The notes under the pieces were generated by a model. That model worked only from the letters and a program-made list of their open reading frames with translations, ran no database searches and was not told the DNA's origin. A stretch of 64,000 nucleotides of DNA from an uncultured Gammaproteobacteria bacterium (GTDB lineage Bacteria > Patescibacteriota > Patescibacteriia > UBA9934), in the NCBI GenBank assembly GCA_964401485.1, contig CAYNYL010000006.1:4208-68207 (forward strand), read 5' to 3'. The translations under genes and the position numbers were made by a program. This document shows positions 7,932 to 17,676 of this stretch, in pieces; within the stretch, counting starts at the first letter, position 1, and every line of letters starts with the position of its first letter.

Positions 7932-9551
7932 TTACTTCTTAGCCGCTTTTAAAAAGCCGAGGAACAACGGGTGTGGGGACAATGGACGCGACTGGAATTC
8001 GGGATGAAACTGTACGCCAACAAAGAACGGGTGATCTTTCACTTCAACGATTTCAACGAGACGATTGTCGGGCGACGTTCCCGCGATAACAAGACCCGCG
8101 GATTCGAGCACCTCTCTGTAATCATTATTAAACTCGAAACGGTGGCGGTGGCGTTCGCTAATCGAATCGGTTCCGTAAGCCTTTCGCGAAGCCGTCCCTT
8201 TCTTAAGTACGCACGGATACGAACCGAGACGAAGCGTTCCGCCGATCCCGCCCTCCTCAAGTTTTTCTTCTTGATCATCCATTAAATGGATCACCGGCGC
8301 CTTTGTTTTCGGTTTAATTTCGGTTGTTTGCGCGTCCTTAAGCCCGCACACATTTCGCGCGAATTCGATTACGGCGCACTGCATTCCGTAACACAGCCCG
8401 AGATACGGAATTTTATGCTCGCGGACATAATTAATCACCGCAATCTTTCCCTCGATCCCTCGCGACCCAAACCCGCCCGGAATAAGAATCCCGTCGAAGG
8501 TCTTAAGCTCCGCGAGTTTCTCGGGATGTTTTTCATATTCCTCGGCGTTTAGCCATTCAATCTTTGGCATTTGCCCAGTCGCCCATGACGCATGCTTAAT
8601 TGCCTCAAGAACCGAAAGGTACGCGTCGGTCAAGATAAAATCGCCGGTTGAGAAGTACTTTCCAACAACACCGATATGCACCTCTTTCTTCACCGTCGTA
8701 ATCGTCCTCACGAGTTTTTCAAACGCGCGAAGGTCTGCCGGCTTTGATTTCATTTTATATGAGCGCAAAACGGTTTCCGCAAACTTCTGTCGTTCAAAAT
8801 TAAGCGGAACTTCGTAAATAGAACGCGCATTCGGCGCTGTAATAATATGATCCTTCGGCACCCCGCAAAACCGCCCAAGCTTTTCACGTCTCGGTTCGTC
8901 AAGCTCCGCCTCCGAGCGACAAATAATAAAGTCCGGCACAATTCCGACACGATTAATTTCGCGCACGGCGTGTTGCGTCGGCTTTGTTTTCATTTCTCCA
9001 ATCGACGGCGGAACCGGAAGGTAACTTACAAGAATCGTCTTTACCGCGTCCGGATCCTTCATCTTCATCATCCGTAGAGCCTCAAGAAACAGAATATTTT
9101 CATATTCCCCAACCGTTCCCCCGATCTCGATTAACACAAAATCCGCCTTCGCCTTATCCGCGGCGTGTTCAATCCGCGCGATCACTTCTTCCGGTACACG
9201 CGGAACAACCTCGACGCATTTACCGTGATAATCCCCCCGGCGCTCGCGCTCGATCACACTTTGATACACGCGCCCGGTCGTCATGTAATTATCCCGCGTA
9301 ATATCAATATCGAGGAACCGTTCGTAGTTCCCAATATCTTGATCAGTCTCGTCACCGTCAACCGTTACAAACACTTCTCCGTGTTCAACCGGGTTCATCG
9401 TCCCGGCGTCCACGTTCACATACGGATCTATTTTTATCGCAGTAACTTTGTAACCCCGAGCCTTAAGGGTAAGTCCGAGCGCAGCGCTTGACGTCCCCTT
9501 TCCAACTCCCGACATGACTCCTCCTACGATAAATAGATACCGATGTTTCAT
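7932..9551 (-). CDS. pyrG: CTP synthase
   Basis: GGVMSGVGKG, KIDPYVNVDAGTM, KTKPTQH, GLCYGMQ, ERHRHRFE, QFHPEF. Confidence 0.98.
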   Translation of the reverse strand: MKHRYLFIVGGVMSGVGKGTSSAALGLTLKARGYKVTAIKIDPYVNVDAGTMNPVEHGEVFVTVDGDETDQDIGNYERFLDIDITRDNYMTTGRVYQSVIERERRGDYHGKCVEVVPRVPEEVIARIEHAADKAKADFVLIEIGGTVGEYENILFLEALRMMKMKDPDAVKTILVSYLPVPPSIGEMKTKPTQHAVREINRVGIVPDFIICRSEAELDEPRREKLGRFCGVPKDHIITAPNARSIYEVPLNFERQKFAETVLRSYKMKSKPADLRAFEKLVRTITTVKKEVHIGVVGKYFSTGDFILTDAYLSVLEAIKHASWATGQMPKIEWLNAEEYEKHPEKLAELKTFDGILIPGGFGSRGIEGKIAVINYVREHKIPYLGLCYGMQCAVIEFARNVCGLKDAQTTEIKPKTKAPVIHLMDDQEEKLEEGGIGGTLRLGSYPCVLKKGTASRKAYGTDSISERHRHRFEFNNDYREVLESAGLVIAGTSPDNRLVEIVEVKDHPFFVGVQFHPEFQSRPLSPHPLFLGFLKAAKK

Positions 9552-9552
9552 A

Positions 9553-9993
9553 TTATTCTTCTGCTTCAATAATGACTGTAAGTTCCGCGTCGTATCCAGA
9601 ATCGAAGTTTACAACCGCCTCGTATTGCCCCGGCTCCTTCGTAGCTTCAAATGCGATCTGTTTCGGGTCGACTTTGATATCCATCTCTTTCAACGCTTTT
9701 GCAATTTCTTTGGCTGTAACAGCTGCGTAGAGTGTTCCATTATCAGCTTTTGCAAAAATCTCGACCTCGAGCCCGTCGATCGATTTCGCAAGTTCCCGTT
9801 CCGCGGCCTCCGTCTTTTTCTCTCGTCGCGCACCAGCCTTCTCTTGCTCGTCTTTTTGATGGAGCTTGTGCTCGCTCGCTTCTACCGCGAGATGTTGCGG
9901 AAAAAGAAAGTTGCGCGCGTAACCCTCGACCACTTCAACGATCTCGCCCTTGAGTCCAATTCGATCGACGTTTTCTAGTAGGATGACTCTCAT
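9553..9993 (-). CDS. rplI: 50S ribosomal protein bL9
   Basis: MRVILLENV...[16 protein letters not shown]. Confidence 0.96.
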   Translation of the reverse strand: MRVILLENVDRIGLKGEIVEVVEGYARNFLFPQHLAVEASEHKLHQKDEQEKAGARREKKTEAAERELAKSIDGLEVEIFAKADNGTLYAAVTAKEIAKALKEMDIKVDPKQIAFEATKEPGQYEAVVNFDSGYDAELTVIIEAEE

Positions 9994-10520
9994 AGCTTGT
10001 TTTGTGCTTTAAGATAATCGAATGCTTTTTTAATAATTGGCTTCATGTCTTTATAGTTTGATCGAGCGGTCACTTCCTCAATCGGGATCCAGGCAACAGC
10101 ATGAATTTTCTCTCCGACTTTTTGTGATTTTGGAAGGCGAAGGCGGGTTTCCGGTCTTGCCTCAAAGAGGTAATAATGGATGAACTTATGGATAAGGCGC
10201 CCCTTGTGCACATAGCGATCCCGGAACCAAATATCGATCGACCCGAGCTCACACCGATAAATCATTTCCTCGATCCCGAGTTCCTCGCGCACTTCCCGCG
10301 CCGCCCCCTCCTCGAGACGCTCGTAACGGCGCACATGCCCCTTTGGGAATGTCCATTGCCCAAACGAATCCTTGAGCATCGCGACAAGCAAACCCCGGCG
10401 CGTCCGTTTATAGACGAGCCCACCCGCGGAAACCTCCTTTCGCGCATGTTCTCTACTTGATTTGCCCCTTGAGGTAAACGATTGCCGCGTCGAGTTGTGG
10501 TGTGGCGTTTTGTTTTGCAT
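9990..10520 (-). CDS. NUDIX hydrolase
   Basis: Nudix box [23 protein letters not shown] and SAGGLV; start uncertain because it overlaps the S41 protease gene. Confidence 0.85.
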   Translation of the reverse strand: MQNKTPHHNSTRQSFTSRGKSSREHARKEVSAGGLVYKRTRRGLLVAMLKDSFGQWTFPKGHVRRYERLEEGAAREVREELGIEEMIYRCELGSIDIWFRDRYVHKGRLIHKFIHYYLFEARPETRLRLPKSQKVGEKIHAVAWIPIEEVTARSNYKDMKPIIKKAFDYLKAQNKL

Positions 10521-11649
10521 GTTCTTCTGTAAATGGAACAAGTTCATTTGGCTCAATACCAACTTTGTGAATTGATCGGCCGGTTGGAGTTAGCCATTCA
10601 GCAATCGTAAGCTTGATCGCTGAACCATCTTTAAGATCAAGGAGTTGCTGTACCGTTCCCTTTCCGAACGTTTGTTCACCGATAAGGTACCCAAGACCAT
10701 AGTCCTGGAGTGCTCCCGCAAGAATCTCGGAAGCGGAAGCCGATCCGCCGTTTACGAGAACGGCCGTTGGGATTCCTGCGAGCGTTGCAACCCCACCCGA
10801 GGTGTATGGCTCCTCGCGCTCCTGCATTCGCTCGATAACAACCGTTTGGTTTCCCGTCCAATATCCCGTGACATTGATCACCTGATCAAGAAGTCCGCCC
10901 GGATTATCGCGCAAATCAAGTACGATTCCCTTTGCCCCTTCGTTCTTCACTTCTTGTACCGCCTTGGCAAAAAGTCGCGTCGTATCTTCGTTAAACATGT
11001 GGATCGAGATGACCATAATTCCGTCGTCTCGCATTTCGTACTCGACGCTTTCGATCGTAATCTCGTCACGCACAATTTTCACCTCGAATGGCTTTGCGAC
11101 CCCGTCGCGGAAAATCGTAAGCGTAACGGTCGAGCCTTTCTCTCCACGAATAAGCGAAACCGCCTCGTTCACCGTCATCCCGTATGTCTCCGTGCCGTCA
11201 ATCGCAAGAATCATGTCATTTGCCCGAATCCCCGCTTTTGAAGCTGGGCTATTCTTAATTGGAGCAACAACGACGATCGAATCGTCTTTTGCATCGATTT
11301 CCGCTCCAATCCCCGAGAAGGTCCCGGCAACCTCTTGGTCAAAGGCCTCCGCCTCCTCCGGCGTGAAAAAGACCGAATACGGATCCTCGAGCCCCGAAAC
11401 AAGTCCGTGCATCGCGCCGTAGAACAAGTCACGCTCGGATACCGGTTGATGGACGTACTCATCCTTAATAAGCGCCCAGGCATTCCAAAACTCCCGAAAA
11501 TCAACATCGTCGGTTCGGACGGTGCCAAGATTCAAAACATTCCCCTCCCCCTCAGGAACGGCACTTTTTGACGTAACGTGGCCAAATTGATAGCCAAGAA
11601 CAAATAAAACGATACACCCAGCAACAAGTAACCACTGACTCTTTTTCAT
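10453..11649 (-). CDS. Carboxyl-terminal processing protease (S41A, PDZ)
   Basis: DPYS, FSGIGA, LDLRDNPGG, SASASEI, TFGKG, GIEP. Confidence 0.95.
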   Translation of the reverse strand: MKKSQWLLVAGCIVLFVLGYQFGHVTSKSAVPEGEGNVLNLGTVRTDDVDFREFWNAWALIKDEYVHQPVSERDLFYGAMHGLVSGLEDPYSVFFTPEEAEAFDQEVAGTFSGIGAEIDAKDDSIVVVAPIKNSPASKAGIRANDMILAIDGTETYGMTVNEAVSLIRGEKGSTVTLTIFRDGVAKPFEVKIVRDEITIESVEYEMRDDGIMVISIHMFNEDTTRLFAKAVQEVKNEGAKGIVLDLRDNPGGLLDQVINVTGYWTGNQTVVIERMQEREEPYTSGGVATLAGIPTAVLVNGGSASASEILAGALQDYGLGYLIGEQTFGKGTVQQLLDLKDGSAIKLTIAEWLTPTGRSIHKVGIEPNELVPFTEEHAKQNATPQLDAAIVYLKGQIK

Positions 11650-11671
11650 ACCCTGCAAGTCTAGCACACTT

Positions 11672-12535
11672 CTAAACCGTCTGCATCTTCGAAAAAAACG
11701 CTTTAAGAGCCTCGGTTCGGTCTCGTAAAATTGGGCCTTTTGTGTTCAAAAGTGGAGCAAATTTTGGACATTTCGCCGGTCGCGGAAAAGCAGAAGAAGG
11801 AACCGGGATCCTCGGCGTCGAAACGTTCGCGATCGTAAAAATTTCCTCAGCAAATTCATACCAAGTCACCGGTTTTCCGCTGTTCACAAGATGGTAGACC
11901 CCGCCTCGCGCCTGCGCGTCGATAAGAGAACGCGTTGCGTCCGCGAGATCTGGCGCATAGGTTGGACATCCAACCTCTTCATTCACGATAGAAAGCGACG
12001 GCTTCTCGCTCGCAAGCTTGAGCATCATCGCGACGAAACTGATCTTCGCACCATCCGTTTTACCCGGCGCTCCAAAAAGTTTTGAAAGTCGAATAATAAG
12101 CGCATCCATGTTCGCCATCTGCACACCAACCTCCCCGGCAAGTTTCGTTTCCCCATATTTCGAGATTGGTCGCGGAAGATCATACTCGCGGTAACCTTCA
12201 GGCCTCGTACCCTCAAACACGTAATCGGTACTATAATGAACAAATCGTGCTCCGTACGTCTTACATGCCTCTGCGAGGTAAGTCGGGCCCTTGGCATTTA
12301 CAGCAAAGGCAAGGTCAAAAAAAGCTGGATCTTCAACGCGGTCGACGAGATTGTACGCAGCGGTATTCACAACAAGGCCAGGACTTGTCCTTGCAATAAA
12401 TGAAAAAACCGCTTGGCGATTTGTAATATCAAGCTCAACCCGATCCGTTTGGATAACTTCGTGGCCCGCTTCGGCAAATGTGCGGACAATCTCTTGGCCA
12501 AGCATCCCTCCCGCTCCAGTAACAACAACGCGCAT
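11672..12535 (-). CDS. rfbD: dTDP-4-dehydrorhamnose reductase
   Basis: VTGAGGMLG, STDYVFEG, YGETKLAGE, GCPT. Confidence 0.93.
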   Translation of the reverse strand: MRVVVTGAGGMLGQEIVRTFAEAGHEVIQTDRVELDITNRQAVFSFIARTSPGLVVNTAAYNLVDRVEDPAFFDLAFAVNAKGPTYLAEACKTYGARFVHYSTDYVFEGTRPEGYREYDLPRPISKYGETKLAGEVGVQMANMDALIIRLSKLFGAPGKTDGAKISFVAMMLKLASEKPSLSIVNEEVGCPTYAPDLADATRSLIDAQARGGVYHLVNSGKPVTWYEFAEEIFTIANVSTPRIPVPSSAFPRPAKCPKFAPLLNTKGPILRDRTEALKAFFSKMQTV

Positions 12536-12536
12536 A

Positions 12537-13079
12537 TTAAAATCGAAGACCCGCGTCTTTAAGACCCGGCGCTTTCTCGTCGCGCGCCGAAAGGATCGGG
12601 GCTCCCGAAAGCGGCCACTCAACTCCAATCTCTGGTGCATCAAAACGGATATTCGCGTCAAGCGCTGGATCGTACATTTCACTCGTGAGATACAAGACAT
12701 CGCTGTCTTCGTACGCGAAAAATCCGTGTGCGCAATAACTTGGAATGAACATGACACGACGATTCTTTGCCGAGATTTCTACCCCAACCCAGTTCAAGTA
12801 CGTCGGAGACGACTTCCGCAAATCCACAATCACGTCAAAAATCGCTCCGTTCGTACACTGGACAATTTTGCCCATCGCTTTTGGCGGATGCTGAAAATGG
12901 AGTCCGCGAAGTACCCCTTTTGCCGACCGTGAGAAATTCGCCTGCTTTGGAACAAATGAAAGATCAAGCCCGCGATACTTCTCTTCGTGATAAAATTCAA
13001 AAAAACTTCCACGGTCATCGCCAAATACCTGTGGCTCAAGAAGAAATGCTCCGTCAATCGCAAGCGCCTGTTTTTTCAT
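12537..13079 (-). CDS. rfbC: dTDP-4-dehydrorhamnose 3,5-epimerase
   Basis: FGDDRG, GVLRGLHFQ, DVIVDLRKSSPT, AHGF. Confidence 0.95.
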   Translation of the reverse strand: MKKQALAIDGAFLLEPQVFGDDRGSFFEFYHEEKYRGLDLSFVPKQANFSRSAKGVLRGLHFQHPPKAMGKIVQCTNGAIFDVIVDLRKSSPTYLNWVGVEISAKNRRVMFIPSYCAHGFFAYEDSDVLYLTSEMYDPALDANIRFDAPEIGVEWPLSGAPILSARDEKAPGLKDAGLRF

Positions 13080-13080
13080 A

Positions 13081-14088
13081 CTAGTTGGCACCAAACTGGA
13101 GGTTGTACCACTGCCTGTAGGAAGAGCTTTGACGAATTGGCCTCCACCAAGATTCATTCTTACGATACCAATCAACCATGTGTGCAAGGCCCTGATCAAA
13201 CGTGAGCGTCGGCGCCCAAGCAAGCTCCGTCTTCATTCGCGAAAAATCAATCGCGTAGCGTCTATCCTGCCCCGGCCGGTCTTTAATAAACTGAACCATC
13301 TCCTCGGTAACGCCCATGACCTTGATAAGCCGAAGCGCCGTCTCTCGGATCGAAAGTTCCGCGTCCCCGCCCATAAGATACGTCTCTCCGATACGCCCGC
13401 GATCAATGACCGCCAAAATTCCAAGGGCATGGTCACGCACATGAATCCAGTCACGAACCTGTGTTCCGTCCCCGTGGATCTGGATCTTTTGTCCATCAAG
13501 GACATTTGTAATCGAAATCGATAAGAACTTTTCCGGGTAAAGGAATGGTCCGTAATTGTTTGTACAATTTGAAATCGTTGCTTGAAGATTGTGTGTGTGG
13601 ATTCCGGCACGAACAAGGTGGTCGGAGGCAGCCTTCGTCGCGCTGTAGGGATTGCGTGGAGCGTAAGGAGATGCCTCGCTAAACTTCGCATCCGTTGGTC
13701 GCAGTTCCCCAAACACTTCATCCGTCGACACGTGGTGAAGTCGTTTTCCGAATTTCACGCAGGCGTCTACGAGTCGTTGCGTTCCAAGTACATTTGTAAG
13801 GATGAACGGTTCATTATCAACGATTGAACGATCAACGTGCGTTTCCGCAGCAAAGTTCACAACGAGATCAACCTTTGAAACGAGATCTTCAACAAGTTGT
13901 TTATTCACGATCGATCCGTACACAAACCGATAGCGAGGATCAGTTTGAAGATCGAGCGTGTTACTTAAATTGCCCGCGTAAGCGAGTGCGTCAAGATTGA
14001 TCACGGTCCAGTCCGGCTTTTGTTCAAAAAGAACCCGAATAAAGTGTGAGCCGATGAATCCGCACCCTCCGGTAACAAGAACCTGCAT
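13081..14088 (-). CDS. rfbB: dTDP-glucose 4,6-dehydratase
   Basis: VTGGCGFIGS, FAAETHVDRSI, STDEVFG, PYSATKA, DRPGQDRRY. Confidence 0.96.
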   Translation of the reverse strand: MQVLVTGGCGFIGSHFIRVLFEQKPDWTVINLDALAYAGNLSNTLDLQTDPRYRFVYGSIVNKQLVEDLVSKVDLVVNFAAETHVDRSIVDNEPFILTNVLGTQRLVDACVKFGKRLHHVSTDEVFGELRPTDAKFSEASPYAPRNPYSATKAASDHLVRAGIHTHNLQATISNCTNNYGPFLYPEKFLSISITNVLDGQKIQIHGDGTQVRDWIHVRDHALGILAVIDRGRIGETYLMGGDAELSIRETALRLIKVMGVTEEMVQFIKDRPGQDRRYAIDFSRMKTELAWAPTLTFDQGLAHMVDWYRKNESWWRPIRQSSSYRQWYNLQFGAN

Positions 14089-14114
14089 AATAGGCTCACT
14101 TAACCGTCTTTTTC

Positions 14115-14519
14115 CTATTCGGTCAAGAGCCGAAGGACCTCGTCGAGCTCCTCCTTTGTTGGGGTTGTTTTAATAAAGGTTCGTGGCTGTCCGTCGTAGC
14201 GAGGCATGAAATGGAGGTGAGTGTGGAACACGTCTTGCCCTCCCGAGATTCCGTGGTTGAGACCGAGGTTGTAGCCAGTGGCACCAAGCGCCCTAAGGAC
14301 CTTCGGTGCGAGCCGGTGCGCGGTCGCCATAATCGCCTCAGCATCCTCGCTTGTGCCAAGACTCAAGGAGTCTGCGTGCACTTTCGGAATAATGAGGAAA
14401 TGCCCTCGCGTCACCGGCCCTATATCAAGAAAGGAAAATGTTTTTGAATCTTGATCGATAACACGGGAAGGAATCGTTCCGGAAATGATCTTGCAAAACA
14501 GACAGTCAGGATTTGTCAT
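14115..14519 (-). CDS. HIT family hydrolase
   Basis: CLFCKI, HTHLHFMPR histidine triad. Confidence 0.93.
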   Translation of the reverse strand: MTNPDCLFCKIISGTIPSRVIDQDSKTFSFLDIGPVTRGHFLIIPKVHADSLSLGTSEDAEAIMATAHRLAPKVLRALGATGYNLGLNHGISGGQDVFHTHLHFMPRYDGQPRTFIKTTPTKEELDEVLRLLTE

Positions 14520-14667
14520 AATATAGGGTTACTAGAAATAGAATAAGACAAGGGAGGCAAAGAACGTAAAGAGGCATTACGAACGAAACGAAGCCCGGCC
14601 GAATCGCCTCAAGCGCAACAAAGAACGGGATCGAGAGAAAAGAGATGAGAAAAGCAAAACGTAGCAT
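14506..14667 (-). CDS. Small two-TM membrane protein
   Basis: ATG one nt after the upstream stop (TAATATG); two hydrophobic helices. Confidence 0.6.
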   Translation of the reverse strand: MLRFAFLISFLSIPFFVALEAIRPGFVSFVMPLYVLCLPCLILFLVTLYYDKS

Positions 14668-14668
14668 A

Positions 14669-16075
14669 TTAGAGTCCGAATGGAAGGCGGTCGCGAAGCG
14701 CCTTAAGGAGCGCGCGTCCACGCAGTGGTGGCTTCGTAAAGGTCACTTCAATTTCTTGGACGCGAAAACTCTTGCCTTCGCGAGATACGGATGGCGACGA
14801 AAGTGCGAACGTAATGACGCCATTTGCATCAACGTATGGAGCGATCGCAAACGTCTGTTCGCCAATCACTCCGCCCTCGACTCGCTCCACCGATTGGTAA
14901 CTCGTAAGAATCGCGTCGACTTCGCGCGCCTCAAGATCGGCAAGTCCGCCGAGCCTCGTCCCTTCTGGATTGAAGAACTGATCCCGTGTAAATGCAATGA
15001 CGCCATCAACCGTTAGTCGCGCATCCCCCTTTGGAATCGTTACCGGAAGAACCCCCGTCTCGGTCGTCGAGAAATACACTTGCTCGCGCGGAGCGGAAAG
15101 CTCAAACGACTGATCTCCAACGCGAATCGTTTGCACCCCTTCAACGTGAAGTGTCTCCGCCGTTAGATCTTTTCCATTCGTAAACACGGTCTCACCATAC
15201 ACGTCGTCACTCCACCCAACCTGATCCCCAAACGATATCGCTTGAAGAAACACCCACTTTGTAAGCGTTGTGGTCCATTCTCGTAAGAAGAGATCGCTCG
15301 TCGTTGTCCATTCGATACGATACGGACCCTCCGGAAGATCCTCAATCCGAAGCGGGACCGCGATCCGTGAAAACGCTTGATCCTTCGAACGATTCCCATC
15401 ATCCGCCGTCACCCCTTCGTACACAACTTCGTCACGCTCATTGTAGACGCGAAACGTTAACGGATCCTCGCCGGTCGTACGATTCACATCCGTGAACGTA
15501 AACGTAACATCAAGCGGTTCATTTTTCACGTAAACGGCAACACGGTGTGAACCACGAAGTGACGTCTTTGTTGTACGCAATTCTCCGCTAGCTCGATATC
15601 CGGCAAGACGCAAAGGGACCGGGTTCTCGGCATGATAAAACGCGACTTCGGAGGCCGAGGAAATCGGGTCTCCGTCACGGGTAAAATACCGAAGTCCGTT
15701 CGCATAGACCTCCCTTGGCCAAGAAAGCTCCTCAAGGAGACGGTGATATAGCGGTCGCAAATCAAAAGCACGCGAAAACGGGTCGGCAAGCGGACCGATC
15801 TCAACGAGATCCGTTGTCATAGGGTCAAGCGCCACACGGACCGTCACAGTTTCATACTCCGAGCTCGGTGGCCGAACAGTGAAGTAAACCGGCTCACCAA
15901 TAACCTCAAATCCATTAAGCCGCTCTGTCGGCGAAAGGGCACTAACAAACGGAGATTGCTCACCCTCTTTAATTGAGGCAACCCGTTCACCGTCAATTTG
16001 AAGGTCAACCAAAAATAGTGCGACGAAGAGCGTCAACGGAATAGAAAGGATCGCTATTCGATAGCCAATCGTCAT
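14669..16075 (-). CDS. Hypothetical membrane-anchored extracellular protein
   Basis: 468-aa ORF with N-terminal TM and beta-rich body, in operon with glycosyltransferase gene. Confidence 0.75.
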   Translation of the reverse strand: MTIGYRIAILSIPLTLFVALFLVDLQIDGERVASIKEGEQSPFVSALSPTERLNGFEVIGEPVYFTVRPPSSEYETVTVRVALDPMTTDLVEIGPLADPFSRAFDLRPLYHRLLEELSWPREVYANGLRYFTRDGDPISSASEVAFYHAENPVPLRLAGYRASGELRTTKTSLRGSHRVAVYVKNEPLDVTFTFTDVNRTTGEDPLTFRVYNERDEVVYEGVTADDGNRSKDQAFSRIAVPLRIEDLPEGPYRIEWTTTSDLFLREWTTTLTKWVFLQAISFGDQVGWSDDVYGETVFTNGKDLTAETLHVEGVQTIRVGDQSFELSAPREQVYFSTTETGVLPVTIPKGDARLTVDGVIAFTRDQFFNPEGTRLGGLADLEAREVDAILTSYQSVERVEGGVIGEQTFAIAPYVDANGVITFALSSPSVSREGKSFRVQEIEVTFTKPPLRGRALLKALRDRLPFGL

Positions 16076-17640
16076 AGTGAAGAAATACGATAAAGCGTTT
16101 CAGAACCAAACGATTCGATCGGCGAAATTGTAAGTCCAACGGGTCCAAGCCGCACCGTTTGAAGATACATAAGATCACGTTCGGGAAGCGTTACACCAAA
16201 ATAATACACTGGTCCAAGCCCCGCCATTTTTGGAAGCATGTAGTAGGTACGCTCACTACGAAGCGGGTGCACAACCCCTCGATCCGGATACAAATACTTG
16301 TCCGCATAGTCGGTAATGATCAATGCATTCTCCTCGGTAAGCGCAAGGATTTGCTCTTTATACTCGGCATTTTGAAGAAGAACCTCCCGCGTTTTAAGGA
16401 GCCCGTCATGCGACAAAAGAACGAGCCCTAGGTTCGCAAGAAGGAATGGCACAAGAAGAAGTCCAAGAATGAAGTCACGACGCTTCGAAATGACAAAGAA
16501 GGCGTGAGCAATAAAGGGAGTAGTAAGGACAAAGATCGGCAAAAAGTAGCGGATGTAGGAATTTCCAAGCGTAATAACCGAACGATCTGGATTATCGTAA
16601 AACACCCAACTCGCATAGACAAGAACTAGGTAGCCGGAAATCAACGCCGTAAGAAGAAGATAGGGTCTCGCGGGCTTCGGAAGCGCGATGATCCCGATAA
16701 ATACAAAAACCGCAATCCATGGGAATAGGACGACGAGATAGTTCGTCGCGTTACGTAGAATCGCACGTTCATGGATCCCAAACGGAAAGAGTACACCGAG
16801 AATTCCTGGATAGTCATCCTGTTTTACCGTTGGAAGAAACTCTGCCGATTCTTGAATCACAACCGCCGGCGTTTCATGCGCCTGGTAGCCCGTTTTAACG
16901 AGAGACCCGTACAGCTCTGCGTTCAGTCCAAGAAACGGCAGGCTCGCAAACAATCCGCCAAGAACAAAGACAAGAACCTGCGCACGAGACGCGAACGCCT
17001 TGAGAACCGCGTACAGCAAGAGCGCGAAAACGACAGGCGCAACCCAAACCACTTCATTCATCCGGAACGCCACAGCGAAGGCAAGAGCGACCCCCGCAAG
17101 CCCCATCTGCCAAACACTCTTTCGTCGCATCGCCTCAACCGCAAGAAAAAGAGCAAACAAAAGGAATGAGACAAAGGGAACATTGTGCATCAGTGCACGC
17201 CCCGAATAAAAGAGGAAGGCGGGATGGAGAAAAAGCAGGGCGCCCGAAAGGAGGGCAAACCGCTCATCATTTGTCGCGTAATACACAAGCCGTGCAAAAA
17301 CTAGAACAGCGAGCGCTCCAAACACCATCGTCAAATAAGGGATCACAAAGACCCCAACCGAAGCACCGATCGATCCGTAAAGCACAGGTAGTCCAATAAA
17401 ACTTTTTGGGACAACACGGCCCTCGAGGACAAGCGTACTTCGCGGACGTACAATTCCGTCAAGTTCTCCATTTCTCGCATCAGTAACCCCAATCTCCCCC
17501 TCCCTCGCAAACTGCTCAGCAAAGAGACGGTTCGCCGATTCATCGGGCGAATTTGAAACCCCAACCCCAACGACGAGGAGCGAAGAAATGACAAGATAGC
17601 AAAGTCCTGCCAGAATAAAGGTTGTCCAGTAAAATCGCAT
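16072..17640 (-). CDS. GT-C fold (ArnT/PMT-like) membrane glycosyltransferase
   Basis: Acidic motif NSPDE after TM1, many TMs, IRYFLP near the C-terminus. Confidence 0.7.
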   Translation of the reverse strand: MRFYWTTFILAGLCYLVISSLLVVGVGVSNSPDESANRLFAEQFAREGEIGVTDARNGELDGIVRPRSTLVLEGRVVPKSFIGLPVLYGSIGASVGVFVIPYLTMVFGALAVLVFARLVYYATNDERFALLSGALLFLHPAFLFYSGRALMHNVPFVSFLLFALFLAVEAMRRKSVWQMGLAGVALAFAVAFRMNEVVWVAPVVFALLLYAVLKAFASRAQVLVFVLGGLFASLPFLGLNAELYGSLVKTGYQAHETPAVVIQESAEFLPTVKQDDYPGILGVLFPFGIHERAILRNATNYLVVLFPWIAVFVFIGIIALPKPARPYLLLTALISGYLVLVYASWVFYDNPDRSVITLGNSYIRYFLPIFVLTTPFIAHAFFVISKRRDFILGLLLVPFLLANLGLVLLSHDGLLKTREVLLQNAEYKEQILALTEENALIITDYADKYLYPDRGVVHPLRSERTYYMLPKMAGLGPVYYFGVTLPERDLMYLQTVRLGPVGLTISPIESFGSETLYRISSL

Positions 17641-17676
17641 CTTTTGTCATGTTATACTAAAAAACGGTATTTTTCT

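Noticed and set aside
12536-13223. Long N-terminal extensions of rfbD and rfbC in the ORF track
   Set aside because: Homology begins at ATG 12535 and 13079, each one nt after the upstream stop.
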